Both the position numbers and the translations under genes were made by a program. From positions 1,904,146 to 1,968,145 of the forward strand of contig OZ244226.1 in assembly GCA_965217035.1 (NCBI GenBank): a DNA stretch of 64,000 nt, written 5' to 3'. The notes below the pieces were generated by a model. The model did not search any database. It saw only the letters and a program-made list of their open reading frames with translations, and had not been told where the DNA came from. Of the stretch, positions 1 through 9,716 are shown piece after piece. The stretch comes from Bacteriovoracaceae bacterium (lineage in GTDB: Bacteria; Bdellovibrionota; Bacteriovoracia; Bacteriovoracales; Bacteriovoracaceae). Within the stretch, counting starts at the first letter, position 1, and each line of letters begins with the position of its first letter.

Positions 1-1
1 A

Positions 2-304
2 TCGACTTTTTCTATAACGACACCCCTTGATATACTGAACAACAGCATAATCTGTCATTGTTTCGATATCAGAGGTTTTGTAAAAGCCTTCCATGTGAGA
101 GTTTATAGTCATATAAGGTCTTTTTTGAAAATTTGTTCCTTTACTTTCACTTATCGAAACTTTTAGACCAAAAGACTTAAGAGAACATGAATTTGTATCG
201 GTACAATTTGTATTGTGATAAATTAAGTTTTTTACGACTCTTGGCTTTTTAGCAATTGCCAAAGAGCTAGAGCTTATTAAAAAAAATATGGATAAATATT
301 TCAT
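2..304 (-). CDS. Secreted hypothetical protein, N-terminal part (runs off the left edge of the window)
   Basis: Not in the ORF track; read by hand. GAGG RBS, ATG at 304, open frame MKYLSIFFLISSSSLAIAKKPRVVKNLIYHNTNCTDTNSCSLK...QYIKGCRYRKSR to the edge; signal-peptide-like start. Confidence 0.75.
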   Translation of the reverse strand, partial: MKYLSIFFLISSSSLAIAKKPRVVKNLIYHNTNCTDTNSCSLKSFGLKVSISESKGTNFQKRPYMTINSHMEGFYKTSDIETMTDYAVVQYIKGCRYRKSR

Positions 305-479
305 CAAAACCTCATGAAGATTATTTGAGAAGTTTGATGACCACATTTTGAAATCTAAGTTCAGTCAACTTCCTTATTAACCACTTGTTGTTTTATATCT
401 TACGAAAAGACGTTTCGGTTTTAGAACCTAAATTGTCTTTCATTTGAGAGAACTCTTACCTTGAAGAGCTTGAGTGTAA

Positions 480-997
480 TTGTCAAGGGGGGTATTTTGG
501 TGGGACCCTAAACACTTAGTGTCCAAAATAAACGCGTTTCCTGAAACTATAATGATTTCAACTATTAAGGCTTTTCTATACGAACTAAGTAGGGATGTCC
601 TCCACCATTTATACGTCGAAAAGAGGCTTTCTTTGAGGCAAATTGCGGATCAGTTTACGTCCTCCAAAAATACTGTTCGGAATGCTTTGATTTGTCACAA
701 TATTCCAAGGAGGGATAAAAAACTCAGCCGTCTAGGGTTGGAAACCCAAGATATGGAACAAGAAACGTAAAGGATGAGAATATTCCTTTTAAAAAAGAGC
801 AACGAGTTATCGAGAATATTATTAAGATGAAAGAAAAAGGTCTTTCAAATAGAGCGATCGCTGAAAGGCTCACCCAAATGAAAATACTAACGAAAAAGGG
901 AAGGAATGAATGGCATCATCAAACTGCAAGGCAGATTATACTAAGATTCAAAGATGACTTGAAACAATGCTTTTCTTATTTCTCTACAGATATTTAG
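480..997 (+). pseudogene. Frameshifted HTH + serine-recombinase DNA-binding ('Recombinase') domain gene
   Basis: ORF 480-770 has an HTH (LSLRQIADQFTSSKNTVRNAL). After an A6 run at 717-722 the -1 frame reads SRVGNPRYG...EQRVIENIIKMKEKGLSNRAIAERLTQMKILTKKGRNEWHHQTARQII to a stop at 997, the typical recombinase-domain pattern. No catalytic resolvase domain is visible. Confidence 0.65.
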
Positions 998-1126
998 TCA
1001 AGTTTGAAGGTTCAATCTTTTTGAGTAAAATATTTTAGTCTAAAAATAAAAGGCTAACACTTTAAGCTTTGACCTTTTCGTGTATATTACAAATCTTATT
1101 TTAGAAGTTGATCATTTAGCGAGAAA

Positions 1127-1464
1127 CTATCTAAGCAAATTAACAATTTTATGACCACTAACATGCTCTAACCTATAAACTCCATATAGGAGTTTATTTT
1201 CTTTCACTGTAATTTGAATTGAGCCAACATAATCTCCATCAGGATAAGATGCACTAATTTCGGCATCGATCATTTTAATACTATTTCCATTAGATAGTGC
1301 TCTTTCTCCTACCATTACGGGTCAGTGATTTTCACTGATTTTACTAATAATCCTACTTCATGAATTGAGTCCATAAGAGTTGACTCTAAATCTCTTGGAA
1401 CTTCTGTTGCCTGAAGAGAAAACGAAATCGTTACAAAACCAACAATTAATAAAATTTTTTTTAT
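1127..1464 (-). pseudogene. Decayed secreted-protein gene
   Basis: GGAGG RBS followed by ATA in place of ATG (1464). Signal-like KKILLIVGFVTISFSLQA; frame stops near 1316 and continues after a 1-nt shift as ORF 1127-1315. Confidence 0.55.
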
Positions 1465-1546
1465 AAATCCTCCAGAACCTTCGCTTATAAGCAATGTTAT
1501 TGCTACGGCTTTCGCCTTTTATTGGCCAGTATTTTCTATCTTTATT

Positions 1547-2077
1547 CTAATTAATACTATGACGACATTTCTCTGTTGCTATTTCGATAAATCTTTCGTT
1601 GCCATCATTCTTAGAAAATTCTTTATATAAAACGTCTATGATTTTTTTATCTTTTTTGCTGTATTCAAATTGATAAACTCTTATTCTTTCAACTTTTGAG
1701 TTAGAATTCTCTTTTATAGAGTAAAGACCACCTTGAATATGCTTTTCCACTTGCTTCTTATGAAAGACAGCATAAACAAACAGAGGGTTCATCGCTTCTA
1801 TTTTATAAACTTTTATTTGAGGAATACCTCGAATCCCATCTATTTTGTCTAAAGCTTGAGATGGGGCGAAAGTAAAGTTCATTCCCTTTGTCCAGCCTCC
1901 CGATGCATCATAGCAACTATGCAGCTTATTTGTTCCAATTTTTTCGATAATCAATTTTGAAATTTTTTTAATTTGATCATCGCTCTTAATCATATATTTA
2001 TCGAGATGACTTACAGGATTTTTTGCAAAAATTGAAAAACTTCCTATTGCCAATAATACAATTAACATATTTTTCAT
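1547..2077 (-). CDS. Secreted hypothetical protein
   Basis: 176 aa, AGGAG RBS, signal peptide MKNMLIVLLAIGSFSIFA, two Cys. Confidence 0.75.
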   Translation of the reverse strand: MKNMLIVLLAIGSFSIFAKNPVSHLDKYMIKSDDQIKKISKLIIEKIGTNKLHSCYDASGGWTKGMNFTFAPSQALDKIDGIRGIPQIKVYKIEAMNPLFVYAVFHKKQVEKHIQGGLYSIKENSNSKVERIRVYQFEYSKKDKKIIDVLYKEFSKNDGNERFIEIATEKCRHSIN

Positions 2078-2345
2078 AACTTACTCCTAGAGTTTTGACT
2101 CATAAGTCTGATAACTCTTTTAAATTGTTCATACTTGTATAGTGATGATCATTTTCCCGGAACCAACGATTAAAATCCATAATGCTAAAGTTATTACAAA
2201 ATATCGTAAAAAGAATAGTCGATTTTGATCCGAAATAACGCTCGTCCGACAGCAAACCACTCAGGTGGATTAGGTCTTCATTATATAAACTTGAACAACT
2301 TTAGCGTTTTCAATTTCAGTTCAAATTTTGGGCACTGTATGGAAA

Positions 2346-2422
2346 TGGTGGGACCACCTGGACTCGAACCAGGGACCACCCGGTTATGAGCCGGGGGCTC
2401 TAACCAACTGAGCTATAGTCCC
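2346..2422 (-). tRNA. tRNA with CAT anticodon, most likely tRNA-Ile2 (lysidine-modified); elongator Met not excluded
   Basis: GGGACTATAGCTCAGTTGGTTAGAGCCCCCGGCTCATAACCGGGTGGTCCCTGGTTCGAGTCCAGGTGGTCCCACCA: full cloverleaf, TTCGA T-loop, encoded CCA, paired position 1-72 (so not initiator). Confidence 0.95.
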
Positions 2423-2477
2423 ACAGTTGATAGGTTTTTAATTTAACCCATGAAGACTCATTTGGAAATCAAGGGTT

Positions 2478-2506
2478 TTGACATAAGGAGTAATTTTCTT
2501 GAAAAT
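2478..2506 (+). promoter_or_regulatory. Putative sigma70 promoter of dapF
   Basis: TTGACA-N17-GAAAAT, 6 nt before ATG 2513. Confidence 0.45.
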
Positions 2507-2512
2507 CCTCCC

Positions 2513-3283
2513 ATGATTCAATTCTATAAATACGATGCAACTGGAAACGACTTTATTATTATTCATGATCCGAATAAAGAATATTTCTCGAATCTGCAAA
2601 ATCAAGCCGCTGAGATCTGTCATAGGAATCATGGTATAGGAGCAGATGGGATTCTACTCATCCATGATCATTCTGATGTTGATTTTGAGGTAAGTATTAT
2701 TAATAGTGATGGAACAGAGGCTGAGATGTGTGCCAATGGCACTCGTGCTTGTATTCATCTTATGAATCAAATTACAGGGAAGAAATTCTTCAAGATCAAG
2801 GCCCTTGGAGGAGATTTTGCAGGGCAGGTTTCTGATCAGACGGTTGCTCTGAAGATGGAGAGTGAGGTTGAGTATCCAGCTGTCGATTTAAGTACTTTAA
2901 CAGAGTATGAGTTCAATCATTTTGCAGTCGTAGGCGTCCCTCATGCCGTGATAGGTGTAGATAATCTCGAGAACTTTGATGTAGAAGCTGAAGGAAAAAG
3001 AATTCGTCATTTACCTATTTTCAAAAAAGGGACAAATGTGAACTTTATTTCTGAAAAAAATAATAGAGTCATTATTCGTACTTTTGAGAGAGGTGTTGAA
3101 GGAGAAACTCTAAGCTGTGGTACCGGAGTGATGGCAACTGCTGCGATTCTATCTAAACTTCGGTCTCAACAAATTTTTGAGTTTGAAACCCGTGGCGGAA
3201 AGGTTGGAGTTGAAATTGATGAAGGGTCAATTACGTATACAGGTCAAGTTAGGCAGGTCTATAAGGGTGAACTCGAGTTCTAA
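2513..3283 (+). CDS. dapF: Diaminopimelate epimerase
   Basis: KYDATGNDF, RNHGIGADG, EMCANG, GVPHAV, GTNVNF, RTFERGVEGETLSCGTG motifs; start moved from 2450 to ATG 2513. Confidence 0.95.
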   Translation: MIQFYKYDATGNDFIIIHDPNKEYFSNLQNQAAEICHRNHGIGADGILLIHDHSDVDFEVSIINSDGTEAEMCANGTRACIHLMNQITGKKFFKIKALGGDFAGQVSDQTVALKMESEVEYPAVDLSTLTEYEFNHFAVVGVPHAVIGVDNLENFDVEAEGKRIRHLPIFKKGTNVNFISEKNNRVIIRTFERGVEGETLSCGTGVMATAAILSKLRSQQIFEFETRGGKVGVEIDEGSITYTGQVRQVYKGELEF

Positions 3284-4428
3284 TTTTTAAAGCGATAGTT
3301 TAGGTTGAAAGAATGAATAACATTTCCTTCGTCTAAATTGGTGTAAAGCTCTCTCCTTCGATCAAGAGAGTACGTATTTGTATAATCAATAAAGAAATTC
3401 TTACTAGGAAAGTAACGAACAATAAAGGTGTTATTAAAATCCAAATCGTCGAATTCAATTCTAACAACTTCATCAGTTTCATGGAGAGGCCTGATTTTAA
3501 ATCTATTTTCAATTTCAATCGAAGAAGAAGGGGCTAAGACAATCATGAAACCAAGTAAGTGCCTTAGGGCGGTATCTTCCGTAGTGATTAAGTTAAGAGT
3601 ATTCACTTCTTCCATTTCCCATGTCTCGATAATCGGAGAGTAAAAGAAGGAAAGCTTTGGAATAAGTCTCGAGATTTTATAACGTTTTTCTAGGCCAAAT
3701 GGATAAACTCTGATTTGTCCTTTATAAGGAAAAATTTCATTCTGCTTTTGTTGAAAGTAATCAATCCCAAAAAAAACATTTGTAGAGTTAAAAAGCTTTG
3801 TATGAGTAAGCATGAGTTCAGCAAAGTTTGAGGTTTGAGCAAATTGCTGATTCGTTGCTGCATCAGTCGCATCAAATCGAAAGCTTTCAAACCCAAAAGT
3901 TAAATCATAGGCATCTGCAATATTAGTCTTGGTAAGTTCTGCTCCAAAATGAAACTCACTGTAGTCATTCTGAGTTTGAAGTTTAATTGGACTGGCATAA
4001 ACTCGAGCTTCTAATTTTGACTTTGGAGCTAAGTTTTCAACGAGTGGTTTTACGGCTGGGTTAAACTCAGAAATAATTTTTTTATAATCAGAGAGTGATC
4101 TGTCAAAATATTCCCAGGGGACATCTTTTACAGGTATCGCTTTCATCGTAAACTTCTTAATAGATTTAAAAGTATCTGGTCTTACAACGCGGAAGAGTTT
4201 CCAAAAAGAACGGCTTCTTTCTATTTTTAGGCAGAGAGCACGGGCGATAAATTCTTTTCCATTATAAACTTTTACTTGTTCATGAACTTTAATCTGCTCA
4301 CTTTGGGCAAGGTTAATTTCAATAATATTCTGAGGAAGAATTTTTTTAACTTGAAAGTTAACTCGTTCACCAATTTCAAGGGCTTGAGTCGAAAGGCTAA
4401 AAAGAAAAATAAACGAAATCCATCTCAT
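3280..4428 (-). CDS. Putative outer-membrane beta-barrel protein with soluble N-terminal domain
   Basis: Signal peptide from ATG 4428; alternating aromatic/hydrophobic strands in the C-terminal two thirds; ends FNLNYRF(KN). Confidence 0.6.
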   Translation of the reverse strand: MRWISFIFLFSLSTQALEIGERVNFQVKKILPQNIIEINLAQSEQIKVHEQVKVYNGKEFIARALCLKIERSRSFWKLFRVVRPDTFKSIKKFTMKAIPVKDVPWEYFDRSLSDYKKIISEFNPAVKPLVENLAPKSKLEARVYASPIKLQTQNDYSEFHFGAELTKTNIADAYDLTFGFESFRFDATDAATNQQFAQTSNFAELMLTHTKLFNSTNVFFGIDYFQQKQNEIFPYKGQIRVYPFGLEKRYKISRLIPKLSFFYSPIIETWEMEEVNTLNLITTEDTALRHLLGFMIVLAPSSSIEIENRFKIRPLHETDEVVRIEFDDLDFNNTFIVRYFPSKNFFIDYTNTYSLDRRRELYTNLDEGNVIHSFNLNYRFKN

Positions 4429-4491
4429 AATGAGATTATACTGATTCAACTTTAGTTTACCAGTGGTGGGGGATTAGTATATGACTTGGAT

Positions 4492-4968
4492 TTAGTCAGC
4501 TCTCAAATATTTGATGTATTTAGCGACTGCTTTAATATCGTTTTCATCAATTTTTTCGAGATAAGGCATCATATCTTGGTTAACTCGTTGGCCTGCCTTC
4601 ATTTGTTTGATTTGATCAATAACATACCAATCATGTTGTCCGGCGATGAGAGGTCCCTTTTTTTCTGGATTTCCTTCACCTTTTTCACCATGACATTCGT
4701 AACAGTTTCCTTTCTCATTATAAACAAGCATTCCTTGTTTGATCACAGGATCGTTCATATCCATTCCGCCAGCTTCTTCTTCTGGTCTACTTTCTTGTGG
4801 TCCTGCTAAGAGGGCTTCTTGCTGAGCTTTATATTCTTTAACTGTCTTTTGAAGATGCTCCCTACTTAGGTCTTCTTCAGAATTAAAGTATTTTTTGTAA
4901 CTAGTTAGCGTCAGAAAAAATGTGACTATTGATAGAAAGAATATAAAGAGTACTAGCCGCGCGCCCAT
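4492..4968 (-). CDS. Membrane-anchored monoheme cytochrome c (c553/c4-like)
   Basis: N-terminal TM helix, CYECH heme motif, GPLIAGQH, distal Met in DMMPY. Confidence 0.9.
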   Translation of the reverse strand: MGARLVLFIFFLSIVTFFLTLTSYKKYFNSEEDLSREHLQKTVKEYKAQQEALLAGPQESRPEEEAGGMDMNDPVIKQGMLVYNEKGNCYECHGEKGEGNPEKKGPLIAGQHDWYVIDQIKQMKAGQRVNQDMMPYLEKIDENDIKAVAKYIKYLRAD

Positions 4969-5018
4969 ATCACCTCAAAATTATTAACTTATTTAAGCTA
5001 AATATAGTCAAAATGAGC

Positions 5019-5531
5019 TTAATATTCAAATAAAGAGTGGATTGGAGTGTCTAACTTATCAAAATTATTCAAAAATTTAAGGTTGATAACACTGAGACAT
5101 GCTTTAGGCTCCAAACCGGCCTTTCGACAAAGGTTTAAACTGGCCGTGAGTGTTCCGCCTGTTGCGATGACATCATCAACGACAATGATGTTCTTGAGTC
5201 CTTCCATATCGGCTTTGATTTCTAGGGTATCGCTCCCGTATTCCAATTCATAGCTTTCCTGATGGATAGGAGGAGGGAGTTTTCCTGCTTTTCGAATCGG
5301 GATAAATCCAATTCCTAGCTTCTGGGCCATGGCCGATCCAAAAATAAATCCGCGAGATTCAATTCCAGCAATGGCGTCAATTTCTTCCCAATTAGTCAGG
5401 GAGATGAGTGCGTTATTTGTTTCTGAGAACTTCTGGGCAAGCATCGGTGTAATATCTTTAAAAACAATTCCTTCCTTGGGGAAATCTTTGACGTCAGCAA
5501 TCAATTCTTCTAGTTCTTTAAAGTTGCTCAT
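5019..5531 (-). CDS. apt: Adenine phosphoribosyltransferase
   Basis: DFPKEGIVFKDITP, GIESRGF, RKAGKLP, YELEYG, VVDDVIATGGT. Confidence 0.96.
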   Translation of the reverse strand: MSNFKELEELIADVKDFPKEGIVFKDITPMLAQKFSETNNALISLTNWEEIDAIAGIESRGFIFGSAMAQKLGIGFIPIRKAGKLPPPIHQESYELEYGSDTLEIKADMEGLKNIIVVDDVIATGGTLTASLNLCRKAGLEPKACLSVINLKFLNNFDKLDTPIHSLFEY

Positions 5532-5540
5532 AAGGGGCTC

Positions 5541-6791
5541 CTAATACATTGGATAATTTACTAGGCGAAGCGGAAGAGCACCACTGAAAAGTTCAAATTT
5601 TTGAGACTCCTTGAGTCGGATGCGCTTTAAAAGTTCAAAATTTCCAGTAACGATTGCTAGTTTTGCTTGAGAATAGTTTTGCTTTATGTTTTCCGCAGTT
5701 GCTATATAGAGCTGCTCTAGGTCAGAGTTTCTATCGAGTCTTTCTCCGTATGGAGGATTGCAGAAAAACTGGACTTTTTGATCTTTAAAGCTAGTAAAGT
5801 TTCGAGCGTCAGCCTCTTTGATGACAACAGAGTCAGCTATTTTAAATTTTTCAAGATTTCCATGAAGCTCTTTTATAAATCTTTGCTGCCTATCAATTCC
5901 AATCAAAGGAGGAAGTTTTTTAGTTGAATGAAATTTTTCCATCTCTCTTTCAGCAATCGGTTTAAGTTTTTCCTCATAGCCTTGGAATTGAGGAAGTTTT
6001 TGAAAGGACCACACTTCTTTTTGAATATTTCTAGTGAGAAGTTTTAGTTTTTTCACCTGGGGACTTAGATTTCTCTGCTTGAAAAAAGCTTCGTAGAGAA
6101 AGGTTCCAGAACCTGTCATGAGATCAACAAACATTTCTTCTCTTGGATCCCAATCGATGAGTTCGAGAATTCCTGCGGCAAGATTCTCTCTCATTGGCGC
6201 TTTGTGTTCTGTATTTCTATAACCACGATGGGAAAGAGGTGTCCCTGTGAGATCAATCATAAGCTTTACCCACTCTTTGCTTGAGTGGATGTTTTCATTT
6301 GGCTCGATGTGAGCATGAAAAATAACATCTGGATTCTTAACTTCAACAGATGGACGAAATTTATTATCTTCTCTTACCCGGTCGACGAGCGCGTCTTTCA
6401 TAACTTGAGCTAAGTAGAGAGTGTTTTTAAATTGAGAATGCTTCTTTTTTAATGGAGAAGGAGATTGAGTGACCGAAAACTTAAACTTCAAAGTCGGATC
6501 AAAAATCTTCATCCAAGGAAGATCTTTGACTTGGTAATAAAGATCTTTTTCGTCTCTGACTTGAAAGCGAGTCAGTTCCTTGTAGATTCGACTTGCAATT
6601 CTTGTACAGACTAACACTTCAAGTGCTTGAGAGAGAGAAGCTTCAAATTGAACACCACCTTTTTGAACTTTAGTTTTTTCAATACCCAATGAGTTGATTT
6701 CATTCTCTAAAGCTTCTTCAAGATGTAGAGGACAAGAAGCAAAGTAAAAAATTTCTTTAGACTTTTTCATGATAACGTAAACTTCTTTCAA
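5541..6791 (-). CDS. THUMP-domain rRNA methyltransferase (RlmL-like)
   Basis: LSHRGYR, APMRENLAAG, DLMTGSGT, CNPPYGERL; true start may be the second Met (MKKSK). Confidence 0.88.
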   Translation of the reverse strand: MKEVYVIMKKSKEIFYFASCPLHLEEALENEINSLGIEKTKVQKGGVQFEASLSQALEVLVCTRIASRIYKELTRFQVRDEKDLYYQVKDLPWMKIFDPTLKFKFSVTQSPSPLKKKHSQFKNTLYLAQVMKDALVDRVREDNKFRPSVEVKNPDVIFHAHIEPNENIHSSKEWVKLMIDLTGTPLSHRGYRNTEHKAPMRENLAAGILELIDWDPREEMFVDLMTGSGTFLYEAFFKQRNLSPQVKKLKLLTRNIQKEVWSFQKLPQFQGYEEKLKPIAEREMEKFHSTKKLPPLIGIDRQQRFIKELHGNLEKFKIADSVVIKEADARNFTSFKDQKVQFFCNPPYGERLDRNSDLEQLYIATAENIKQNYSQAKLAIVTGNFELLKRIRLKESQKFELFSGALPLRLVNYPMY

Positions 6792-7701
6792 TTAATTCGC
6801 GATAAGACTCAGCTTTACTTTTATCGAGATTTCCTTCGAAAAATCTTTTGATTCTCCAGAGTGCAATCGAAAAAAGTCCAATGTGGATAAAAGTTTCAAG
6901 AAATTCTTTCTCGTTCTGAGGTAGAGGACGAACGGTTTCATAACTTTCAACGAAATCGTTAATAAGTTGGGGGGTAAGATCTCGACCATCTAAGCAACTT
7001 CCTGAAATAGAAATACCTAAGTCGAGAATATATTCACCTATTCCTGATTGTTCGAAATCGATGATTTTCAGGAGCTTACCATCACGGAATAAGGAGTTGT
7101 CGTAATAGAGATCTCCATGAATAACACCAGTTTCCCATTTTACTTGTTGAAGACTTTCGAGATCTCGACTCTTGAAAACCTTCTCAAAAGCTTCCTTGAA
7201 GTCTTGGGGGCAGATCGGTTGAGAAACATAAAAAAGCAAAGAGCTTAGGTCAAAGCCAACAACAGTGTGATCTCTGAGATACTCGTGGCTTAACTTTAGC
7301 TTGTGCAACGTCCCTAAAGCATTGGCCAATTCCTTCAAGTTTTTAGTGTTGAGCTGGGGAACTTGTCCATCGATAAAAGGGTAAACGACCCCATGATAAC
7401 CATCTTGTTGGTAGACTGCATTCCCTTCTTTATTGAGATAAGGCGTTAATGAGTAGTCGAACTGTCTTTGTTCTAGGGCCAGTAAAATGTCTTGTTCTCC
7501 ACCTAACTGCTTAATATCTTTATCATTTGAAACTTTTAAAAGGACTGGGCTGTGATCTTCAAATTTTACGACATAGTTTGAGTTCGAGATTCCGTGATTC
7601 TGGGGAATAACCTCGGCAATTCCAGTGAGGGAGTACTGCCCAAGAATCGTCTTGATAGTCGACGGTGAAAGCTTTGAATAATCAGCCATAAGGCATTTCA
7701 T
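6757..7701 (-). CDS. thrB: Type II homoserine kinase / APH-family phosphotransferase
   Basis: GISNSNY, GVIHGDLYYDN, IIDFE motifs and an N-terminus resembling ThrB-II. Confidence 0.7.
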   Translation of the reverse strand: MKCLMADYSKLSPSTIKTILGQYSLTGIAEVIPQNHGISNSNYVVKFEDHSPVLLKVSNDKDIKQLGGEQDILLALEQRQFDYSLTPYLNKEGNAVYQQDGYHGVVYPFIDGQVPQLNTKNLKELANALGTLHKLKLSHEYLRDHTVVGFDLSSLLFYVSQPICPQDFKEAFEKVFKSRDLESLQQVKWETGVIHGDLYYDNSLFRDGKLLKIIDFEQSGIGEYILDLGISISGSCLDGRDLTPQLINDFVESYETVRPLPQNEKEFLETFIHIGLFSIALWRIKRFFEGNLDKSKAESYRELIERSLRYHEKV

Positions 7702-7791
7702 ATATCAAAACTTCTTTAGTTGTGCTACGCTCAGTCCATATTTATAAAAATTACAAAGGAAGACGGAATGCAAACTATCGAGGAGACGAAC

Positions 7792-9123
7792 ATGACTACT
7801 GCAACTCCTGCTGCGGCAACTACTGAAAAACTCCCTTATAAGGTTAAGGATATCAGCCTTGCTGAATGGGGAAGAAGAGAAATCACGATCGCTGAAGCTG
7901 AGATGCCAGGACTTATGGCGTTAAGAGAAGAGTATGGTGCAAGCCAACCTCTTAAAGGTGCGAATATTGCAGGTTGTCTTCATATGACGATTCAGACAGC
8001 AGTTTTGATTGAAACTCTTACGGCACTTGGTGCTGATGTGACTTGGTCATCATGTAATATCTTTTCAACTCAAGATCACGCTGCTGCGGCGATTGCTGCT
8101 GCTGGAATTCCTGTTTACGCGTGGAAAGGAATGAACGAAGAAGAGTTTGACTGGTGTATTGAACAAACGCTTTTTAATTTTAAAAATGGTGAGCCACTTA
8201 ATATGATTCTTGATGATGGTGGAGATCTTACGAATATGGTTCTCGATAGATTCCCTGAGCTTTCTAAAAATATCAAAGGTCTTTCTGAAGAAACAACGAC
8301 TGGTGTCCATAGACTTTATGACAGAATGAAAAATGGAACTCTTCCGATTCCTGCTATCAATATTAACGATTCAGTAACAAAGTCTAAGTTTGATAATAAG
8401 TACGGATGTAAAGAGTCTTGTGTTGATGCCATTAGAAGAGCAACTGATGTTATGATCGCTGGAAAAGTTGCGGTTGTTGCTGGTTATGGTGATGTTGGAA
8501 AAGGTTCAGCAGCTTCTTTAAGAGGAAACGGAGCAAGAGTTATTATTACTGAAATAGATCCGATCTGTGCACTTCAAGCGGCAATGGATGGATTTGCAGT
8601 TATGCCAATGGATAAAGCAATCAAAGAAGCAAACATTGTTGTTACTGCTACAGGAAACAAAGACATCTTAACAGCGAAACATTTTGAATTAATGAATGAT
8701 CAAACAATTGTTTGTAATATTGGTCATTTTGATAATGAAATCGATATGGCGTGGTTGAATAAAACTCACGGAAATACAAAAGTTGAAATCAAGCCACAAG
8801 TGGATATGTACAAAGTAGGAGACAGCACTATTTACGTTCTTGCTGAAGGACGACTTGTTAATCTTGGATGTGCAACAGGACATCCATCTTTTGTTATGTC
8901 GAACTCTTTTACAAATCAAACACTTGCTCAGATTGAACTTTGGAAAAATAGTGCAAACTATGAGAACAAAGTTTATATGCTTCCTAAGCATCTGGATGAG
9001 AAAGTTGCGAGACTTCATCTTGCTAAGATTGGAGTTGAACTTGAAACTCTTTCTGAAGAGCAAGCAGAGTATATTGGCGTGACGGTCGCTGGACCATTCA
9101 AGCCTGAGTACTATCGCTACTAG
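7792..9123 (+). CDS. ahcY: Adenosylhomocysteinase
   Basis: [50 protein letters not shown]-terminal [18 protein letters not shown] before ATG 7792. Confidence 0.98.
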   Translation: MTTATPAAATTEKLPYKVKDISLAEWGRREITIAEAEMPGLMALREEYGASQPLKGANIAGCLHMTIQTAVLIETLTALGADVTWSSCNIFSTQDHAAAAIAAAGIPVYAWKGMNEEEFDWCIEQTLFNFKNGEPLNMILDDGGDLTNMVLDRFPELSKNIKGLSEETTTGVHRLYDRMKNGTLPIPAININDSVTKSKFDNKYGCKESCVDAIRRATDVMIAGKVAVVAGYGDVGKGSAASLRGNGARVIITEIDPICALQAAMDGFAVMPMDKAIKEANIVVTATGNKDILTAKHFELMNDQTIVCNIGHFDNEIDMAWLNKTHGNTKVEIKPQVDMYKVGDSTIYVLAEGRLVNLGCATGHPSFVMSNSFTNQTLAQIELWKNSANYENKVYMLPKHLDEKVARLHLAKIGVELETLSEEQAEYIGVTVAGPFKPEYYRY

Positions 9124-9260
9124 GCTCGGATAAACGTCGATCTTCGGCGTCCTTGAACCGGTGACCTCACTGCGATTCTGCTCGGACAGGAGTCCGAGCA
9201 GTGGTGTCCCGAGGGAACTGGCGTAGCAGGATGCGGAGCCAACCTCAAGAACTAAGCCTT
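9124..9260. other. GC-rich structured intergenic element (REP/MITE-like repeat or GGA-loop RNA)
   Basis: About 60% GC by hand count, against an AT-rich background; hairpins at 9134-9150, 9178-9201 (10-bp perfect stem, AGGA loop) and 9219-9241 (GCAGGA loop). Confidence 0.55.
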
Positions 9261-9272
9261 GAAGGATAAGAG

Positions 9273-9716
9273 ATGAATCTTTACATTGCCTGCGACCATG
9301 CTGGATATGATCGAAAAGAAGAGTTAATAAGCTTCCTCAATGAGCTCCACTCCGAAGTTATTGATTTGGGAACACACTCAGGGGAAAGTGTCCACTACCC
9401 GCAGTTTGCTTCAAAACTAGCTTTAGAAGTTCAAAAAGATAAGTCATCAAAGGGAATTCTCATTTGTGGTTCTGGTATTGGGGTTTCGATGGTTGCCAAT
9501 CGTTACAAGAAAGTTCGAGCGGCTCGATGCCTTACCGTTGAGGATGCGGAGATGAGTCGTCTTCATAATAATTCTAATGTTCTTTGTCTAGCCGCACGAA
9601 TGACAAGTTTTGAAGAAACCAAAGGAATCATTTCGAAATGGCTTGATACAAGCTTTGAAGGTGGTCGTCACCAAGCTCGCCTTGATCTTTTTAACGAGCT
9701 CGGTGAAGGAAATTAA
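9273..9716 (+). CDS. rpiB: Ribose-5-phosphate isomerase B
   Basis: IACDHAG, ICGSGIGVS, HNNSNVL, FEGGRH. Confidence 0.96.
   Translation: MNLYIACDHAGYDRKEELISFLNELHSEVIDLGTHSGESVHYPQFASKLALEVQKDKSSKGILICGSGIGVSMVANRYKKVRAARCLTVEDAEMSRLHNNSNVLCLAARMTSFEETKGIISKWLDTSFEGGRHQARLDLFNELGEGN

Larger units (their letters stand above)
498..2355. mobile_element. Small degenerate tRNA-anchored genomic islet
   Basis: TGGTGGGACC (reverse complement of the tRNA 3' end) occurs at 498-507 and 2346-2355. Between them are a recombinase remnant, a pseudogene and an orphan secreted protein in AT-rich DNA. Confidence 0.5.

Noticed and set aside
714..725. Programmed -1 ribosomal frameshift in the recombinase-domain gene
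   Set aside because: The in-frame heptamer T_AAA_AAA is not a canonical slippery site and no stimulatory hairpin is evident; mutation or sequencing error is simpler
9105..9150. SAH riboswitch (AGGCTCGG motif next to ahcY)
   Set aside because: It lies downstream of ahcY, and the upstream GAGGAGCG core of the motif is absent
9150..9170. tRNA fragment (minus strand GAGGTCACCGGTTCAA resembles a T-arm)
   Set aside because: No complementary 3' T-stem strand, acceptor stem or anticodon arm
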